From Nitrosopumilus sp. (lineage in GTDB: Archaea > Thermoproteota > Nitrososphaeria > Nitrososphaerales > Nitrosopumilaceae): DNA of 64,000 nt. The translations under genes were made by a program, and so were the position numbers. The notes below the pieces were generated by a model, which saw only the letters and a program-made list of their open reading frames with translations, was not told the DNA's origin and did not search any database. The stretch lies in contig OZ242041.1 in NCBI GenBank assembly GCA_965205215.1, positions 1,728,001 through 1,792,000 of the forward strand. The letters are read 5' to 3'. Of this stretch, positions 59,501-64,000 are shown in pieces (positions within the stretch are counted from its first letter, which is position 1; each line of letters opens with the position of its first letter).

Positions 59501-60416
59501 TGAGGCGCTGCGTCAGCGTCTTGAGGGGCCTGCCGGAGCGGTGGTGCGCCTGCGGTATGCCGGAGACCTCGTTGTCAAAGTACGTGGTCGTGTGATACTG
59601 CAGCAGGTCCACGAGATCCTGCACGATAAGGGGGGGCGTCCCGGCCTCCTTGCTCTCCTTGAGGCGCTGGTTGACGCGTATTATGTCGACCATCTTGTGC
59701 GTCAGGTCGTCCTCGGAGCGTATCCCGGTCTCCAGTATGATGGAGGGCCTCACGGTCACGGGCGGGACGGGCAGCGCCTGGAGGACGAACCACTCGGGGC
59801 GCGCCGTGGTCGGGTCGTAGGACAGCAGCTCGAGATCATCGTCAAGTATCTGCGAGAAGCGCTCGCGGATTGTGATTGGCAGCAGCCTGTTCTCGCCGGC
59901 CTCGGTCTTCTCCACAAAGATGGTGGGCTTTGTAAATATAAGCTCATACTGGGACTTGCCGCAGTGGGGGCAGTCCTTTTGCTTGCGGGCCTTCTCGATT
60001 ATCTTCTCGGGTATGCGCTTTTGGGACACTATGGTGTACGCGGCCTCCTTGCGCTTTACCGCGCGGAACGCGTCAAGCTCGTCCTGCGGCACCTTCAGCC
60101 GGGAGCAGGAGCGGCACATCGACAGGAGCAGCTTGTGGATGTTGTCTATGAACGCGATGTGGAGCACGGGCTCTGCAAGCTCGATGTGTCCAAAGTGCCC
60201 CGGACACCTCGCGGCGGTGTTCCCGCACGTGAGGCATTTCTGTCCGGGCTCCAGCGTGCCAAGCCGGCCGTCCATCAGCCCGCCCTGCACAGGAATCCCG
60301 TCCTCGTCGTACGTCTCGGGCGCCGTCACCTCGGCCACGGAGTACTTGCGGATCTCAGTCGGCGACCACACCGAGAACCTGATGCTGTCGATGGTCTTTA
60401 CCGTCTCCACGGACAT
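56595..60416 (-). CDS. rpoA: RNA polymerase largest subunit Rpo1, unsplit A'+A''
   Basis: NADFDGD, CPGHFGH and GEPGTQMTLRTFH in one ORF. Confidence 0.98.
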   Translation of the reverse strand: MSVETVKTIDSIRFSVWSPTEIRKYSVAEVTAPETYDEDGIPVQGGLMDGRLGTLEPGQKCLTCGNTAARCPGHFGHIELAEPVLHIAFIDNIHKLLLSMCRSCSRLKVPQDELDAFRAVKRKEAAYTIVSQKRIPEKIIEKARKQKDCPHCGKSQYELIFTKPTIFVEKTEAGENRLLPITIRERFSQILDDDLELLSYDPTTARPEWFVLQALPVPPVTVRPSIILETGIRSEDDLTHKMVDIIRVNQRLKESKEAGTPPLIVQDLVDLLQYHTTTYFDNEVSGIPQAHHRSGRPLKTLTQRLKGKEGRFRGSLSGKRVDFSSRTVISPDPNLDLSEVGVPESVAMKLTIPEIVTEWNIEHMRKLIINGPEKFPGVNYIVRPDGVKIRLDFVDDRSGIAESLERGYRVERHLSDGDIVMFNRQPSLHQMSIMAHYVRVLPGKTFRLHPSVCPPYNADFDGDEMNLHVPQSEEARAEAILLMRVQEQLISPRYGGPIIGALRDFVTGAYLMTKDDTLLSVSEFSNLAMLGGYDGKLPKPAASMPVEGGSGGKKGEQPAYTGKQLFSLFLPADFNYVMTSKWSKGTKGKQNDVVIKNGQLISGVIDKTSIGAEEPESVLHRIAKDYGNDVGKKFLNSILIMVKQFITHYGFSYGLGDLEVPEADRRHILDDIRGTYDQVSDLIGQHEDGTLKVTRGMRPEEALEAYIVNELGKARDRAGSAANDSMHADNAGKIMATTGARGSSLNVGQMAGALGQQSRRGNRLNDGYSDRALPHFRRHDNNPDAHGFVKSNYRDGLSALEFFFHAMGGREGLVDTAVRTQQSGYMQRRLINALEHIRLEYDGTVRDPHGHIIQFMYGEDGIDVAKSDHGEAFNARRLTESQTIVDTGTKATKAELDALVAKYTKTFNPRLASHVADALHSSGLSKAGAEAVCKKGLLLYNKAKVEPGQAVGIVTAQSIGEPGTQMTLRTFHFAGIRERNVTLGLPRLIELVDARKKPVTPTMDIYLDEENRTSREGAIEVAKHVLQTKVSSLVETHDTDYATQIRLVLGEQKLKSRGCSMVDVEAALASNKKFKTESTGNMLVLNLVEEPDTATVIAIRNKVLNTTVKGVPDIERVSLVQKDGEWVIQTTGSNIAKILEVGGVDRRKVRTNNVFEIAGTLGIEAARNALINELNNTLEDQGLEVDNRYIMLVSDLMCSRGYMQQIGRHGIAGTKDSVLARAAFEITVPTIAHAALGGEIEQLKGITENVIVGSNIPIGSGTVDLYMQVSKKR

Positions 60417-63400
60417 CTACACCCTCTCCTTTATGAGCAGGCGCGGCGCCACGTTGAGGCTCTGCATCTCCTGCAGCAGCAGCTTGAACGCGTACGCCAC
60501 GGAGACCGACGACACCTTTGCCTTGTCGCCGCAGACGCGGCACACGTACTTTCGCTGCCGCATGTCGTGGTACGCGACCAGCCCGCACCTCTCGCATACG
60601 AACACGTCGGACTTGTCAGACTCGTCAAGCAGCCTGTCCTTTAGTATCATAGAGGCGCCGTACGCGATCAGGCAGTCGCGCTCCATCTCGCCGAACCTCA
60701 GGCCGCCCCCGCGGGCCCTGCCCTCGGTCGGCTGCTTTGTGAGCATCTGCACCTGCCCCCTGGCCCTTGCGTGTATCTTGTCGGCCACCATGTGGTGCAG
60801 CTTTTGATAGTATACGACGCCGACGAAGACCTCGACGGGGAACGCCTTGCCGGTGCGCCCGTCATACATCATCTCCTTGCCCGAGTACTTGAACCCGTGC
60901 GCGTCCATGACCTCCTTCACCTCGTCCATCTTCTCCCCCACGAAGGCGGATCCGTCAAACCGCCTTCCCCGGAGCGCGGCGGACTTGCCGCATATCGACT
61001 CCATCATCATGCCGACCGTCATGCGGGACGGGAACGCGTGCGGGTTGATCAGCACGTCCGGTGACATGCCCTGTGCAGTATACGGCAGATCCTCGGCATT
61101 TGCGAGTATTCCCAGCACGCCCTTCTGCCCGTGCCGCGAGGCAAACTTGTCGCCAATCTCCGGGATCCGCATGTCGCGGACCCTGATCTTGTACATGCGC
61201 CCGCCCTCGTTTGACTGGGTCATCACCACGGTGTCTACCACCCCGTTCTCCGACGGCCTCATGCCGACTGACGTGTCGCGCCTGTACGTGCCGCCGGGCT
61301 CAAACTCCCTGAACTCCTCCATGAACCGGGGCGGTGACGTCTTGCCGATCAGGATGTCGCCGCCCTTTACCGTGGACTCGGATGCTATTATCCCGTCCTC
61401 CTCCAGCAGCCTGTAGGAGCGCTCCCCCTTGTATCCGCGTATGTTGTCGTCCGCGCTCGGTATCTCAAACGAGTCGCGGGCGCCGCCCGGATACTGCTTT
61501 GCCTCCGCGTCGTATATGCGGTAAAAGAACGTGCGCCCCAGGCCCCGGTCCACGGACGCCTTGCTCAGCACGATGGCGTCCTCTATGTTGTACCCGTCAA
61601 ACGGAAGCACCGCCACCACGCAGTTCTGGCCCGCCGGCCTGTCCTCCAGCCCGAGCAGTTTCATGGCCTTTGTGTTTACGATCGGCGTCTGCGGATACAG
61701 CATAAAGTGCTGCCGCACGTACGTGCTGGTGTTCATCATGGGGGTTGAGAATCCAAGCGACTGCTTTGCCATGGCCGACTCGTACGTGTTACGGGGCGAC
61801 TGGTTGTGCTCCGGATACGGTATGATTGACGCGCCCGCCCCGAGTATCGCGGGCGCAAAGACCTCCAGGTGCGTGTGTCCCTCCGCGCCGCCGCCTGCCG
61901 TAATCGCGTCCTCGTCCATTGCAATGTAGCAGTTTTCTTCCTCGTTTGCGTCCACCAGCTCGAGCACGCCGTCGTGAAGCAGGTCAGTCCAGTTCTTGGT
62001 GCGGCCGGTCACCTTCTCAAGCAGTTCCGGCGTGAGCCTTGACCTGCCGTTCTCCACTATTATCAGCGGGCGCAGGACGCGTCCGGCGTTGCAGTTGACA
62101 TAGAGGCGCTTTGTGGCGCTTTCCACGATCGAATCGTGGAACGAGACCCCCACGTGCGGGTGTATCTTTGTGCTGCGCCTCATGGTCCTGAGGTTCCTTG
62201 CAAGATCCGCGCCGTCCCTGTAGTATCCGATCAGCCTGCCGTCCACGAATATGCGGGTGCCGGCCTGCTTGACGTCCTCCTTTGCGTCAAAAAAGTGCAC
62301 CACGCCCAGCTCGTACAGCTTCTCGACTATCTCGTCGGACGGCACGTTTATCGATATTATCCCCGAGAGGGCCAGGTTCTTTACCAGCCCGCAGTTGGAG
62401 CCCTCCGGCGTCTCACTGGGGCATATGCGCCCAAAGTGCGTCGAGTGCAGGTCCCTGGCCTCGAAGTTGGGCTGCGTCCTGCTCAGCGGGGACTGGATGC
62501 GGCGCAGGTGGCTTATCGTGGACAGATAGTTCGTGCGGTCGAGCAGCTGCGTGACGCCCACGCGTCCGCGCCCCCAGTTGCCGGTGGCGATCGCGTTGTT
62601 GAGCTTGTCGGTTATTATTCCGGGGCGTATTGCGGCCGCGACGGCGTTTATGCCGCGCTTCTGCCCGGAGCGCTCCAGCTGGTACTTCATGTCGCGTATC
62701 AGGTTCTTGAAGGCCGTCCTGAACAGGTCCGCAAGCATCTGACCGGCAAACTTTACGACCTTGTTGCCGTAGTGATCCTTGTCGTCCGGGGCGATCCACC
62801 CCAGCTTTAGCTCCAGCAGCTTGCACGCTGCCTCCCCGAGAAACTGGGCTTTCTCCTTGCGGTTCTCAGGATGCTTGCCCAGGTGGGGCAGGAGTCCCCA
62901 GTCAAGAAGCGTCTCGGCGCGTTTTATCTGGAACTCCTCGAGCATCCCCGGCGCGATCCGCTTGCTGATGTACACTATGGCGTCCTTTGACGTGGACACG
63001 TCGCCGGACTTCTCAAAGGAGGCTTCCAGCTCGTCCTGGACCTTCTCGACTAACGAGACTACGCCGGCTATCTCCTTGTCGGACTCTAGCCCGAGTGCGC
63101 GTATGAGGGTGATGACGGGAATGTCGACAGGCGAACCGGGTATGCGGGCCACTATCAGCCCGTCGTTTTTCATCACAAGCTCGAGCTTTGCCCTGTACCC
63201 CACGATGGACGAGTACACCTTTGCCTTGAAGGTCGTGTTTCCGCCCACCATCTCGCGGTCCACGATAATCTTGTTGTAGGAGAGATCCTCCAAGCCCACA
63301 ATGACGCGCTCAGAGCCGTTTATCACAAAGTACCCGCCGGGGTCGTTCTTGTCCTCGCCCTTCTCGATGAGTTTCCTGTCGTTGCAGTTGCGCAGTATGC

Positions 63401-63782
63401 ATTTCGATGACTTTATCATTACTGGCACGTCGCCGATGTGCACAAAGCGCGACTCGAGCGTCTTGTTGTCCTCCACCACCCTGGCCTCCATCATCACGGG
63501 CGCCGCATACGAGACGTTGCGCAGCCGGGCCTCGGCCGGCGAGCTGTGCGTGATGGAGCCGTCAAGCTCCATCATCCGTGGCCTCTCTATCTTTATCTTT
63601 CCAAGCTGTATCTTGTAGGGGTACTCGGCGTTCTCGATCTCGACGTGCCCGACCTCGTCTATGATGCTCTGCAGTCCGTGCTCGAAGAATTCGTCAAACG
63701 AGTTGAGGTGCTGCCTAGCAATGCCCTCCCTCTTGAGGATGTCCTCGATGATGGGCCACCGCTTCATTGATGGGTCCGCCAC
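60417..63782 (-). CDS. rpoB: RNA polymerase subunit B (Rpo2), unsplit
   Basis: GDKFASRHGQKG, GLRFGEMERD, ETPEG. Confidence 0.98.
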   Translation of the reverse strand: MADPSMKRWPIIEDILKREGIARQHLNSFDEFFEHGLQSIIDEVGHVEIENAEYPYKIQLGKIKIERPRMMELDGSITHSSPAEARLRNVSYAAPVMMEARVVEDNKTLESRFVHIGDVPVMIKSSKCILRNCNDRKLIEKGEDKNDPGGYFVINGSERVIVGLEDLSYNKIIVDREMVGGNTTFKAKVYSSIVGYRAKLELVMKNDGLIVARIPGSPVDIPVITLIRALGLESDKEIAGVVSLVEKVQDELEASFEKSGDVSTSKDAIVYISKRIAPGMLEEFQIKRAETLLDWGLLPHLGKHPENRKEKAQFLGEAACKLLELKLGWIAPDDKDHYGNKVVKFAGQMLADLFRTAFKNLIRDMKYQLERSGQKRGINAVAAAIRPGIITDKLNNAIATGNWGRGRVGVTQLLDRTNYLSTISHLRRIQSPLSRTQPNFEARDLHSTHFGRICPSETPEGSNCGLVKNLALSGIISINVPSDEIVEKLYELGVVHFFDAKEDVKQAGTRIFVDGRLIGYYRDGADLARNLRTMRRSTKIHPHVGVSFHDSIVESATKRLYVNCNAGRVLRPLIIVENGRSRLTPELLEKVTGRTKNWTDLLHDGVLELVDANEEENCYIAMDEDAITAGGGAEGHTHLEVFAPAILGAGASIIPYPEHNQSPRNTYESAMAKQSLGFSTPMMNTSTYVRQHFMLYPQTPIVNTKAMKLLGLEDRPAGQNCVVAVLPFDGYNIEDAIVLSKASVDRGLGRTFFYRIYDAEAKQYPGGARDSFEIPSADDNIRGYKGERSYRLLEEDGIIASESTVKGGDILIGKTSPPRFMEEFREFEPGGTYRRDTSVGMRPSENGVVDTVVMTQSNEGGRMYKIRVRDMRIPEIGDKFASRHGQKGVLGILANAEDLPYTAQGMSPDVLINPHAFPSRMTVGMMMESICGKSAALRGRRFDGSAFVGEKMDEVKEVMDAHGFKYSGKEMMYDGRTGKAFPVEVFVGVVYYQKLHHMVADKIHARARGQVQMLTKQPTEGRARGGGLRFGEMERDCLIAYGASMILKDRLLDESDKSDVFVCERCGLVAYHDMRQRKYVCRVCGDKAKVSSVSVAYAFKLLLQEMQSLNVAPRLLIKERV

Positions 63783-64000
63783 TATGCCTCCACCACGTAT
63801 CTGTAATAGATGCTCTCTCCTGCAGTAGGGCTGTGCCTCGTAATCCTTATCATGTCACCGGGCTTTACCCCGAGCTCCATTATGGCCGGATCGCTGACGA
63901 ATATGAGCGGAAGCTCGGTTGGCTTGCAGTTGTACTTTTCAAGGATCCGCTCGGCCTCCTCCTTTGAGATTATCTCGTGTTTTGGAACGTAGACGTGGTC
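63782..64000 (-). CDS. rpoH: RNA polymerase subunit H (Rpo5), 5'-truncated by the window edge
   Basis: Manual translation: [11 protein letters not shown]...LPLIFVSDP...[26 protein letters not shown]. Confidence 0.95.
   Translation of the reverse strand, partial: DHVYVPKHEIISKEEAERILEKYNCKPTELPLIFVSDPAIMELGVKPGDMIRITRHSPTAGESIYYRYVVEA

Noticed and set aside
56595-60416. Fused RpoA'/A'' as a novelty
   Set aside because: Established feature of Thaumarchaeota.

Overview
High-GC chromosomal window from an ammonia-oxidising archaeon (Nitrososphaerota, Nitrosopumilaceae/Cenarchaeum-like, possibly host-associated; the host link is inference). The assignment rests on an unsplit Rpo1 (A'+A''), an unsplit Rpo2, a spc-operon tail lacking L34e/L14e, and thaumarchaeal-type IPDWVKSNARWW surface domains. 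Most of the window is housekeeping: sod, pfdA-ftsY-argF, uL18-uS5-uL30-uL15-secY-adk-DUF106-cmk-cbf5, 2-oxoacid:ferredoxin oxidoreductase, cofE with two isopropylmalate-dehydratase-family pairs, rpoD-eL18-uL13-uS9, the exosome superoperon, nob1/NAD kinase, rhodanese-ferredoxin, GT2, a CPA2 antiporter, aglH, LSm, rpoH-rpoB-rpoA and two tRNAs (Ser-GGA with a 14-nt intron, Gly-GCC). The best-supported unusual observations are: (1) an ISH3-type IS inserted exactly into the first 5 bp of an IS630 terminal repeat, just upstream of the eL18 promoter; (2) an unannotated C/D-box-like RNA whose two 'guides' pair with each other; (3) a solo ParB-like protein with a C-terminal RHH-like domain next to tRNA-Gly; (4) a small Cys-rich protein ending in Gly-Gly upstream of the oxidoreductase; (5) a histone-H1-like duplicated tail on a coiled-coil protein; and (6) widespread low-complexity and microsatellite insertions in core proteins. 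No CRISPR array, rRNA or integrase was seen. No database searches were run; all product calls come from motif recognition and gene order.
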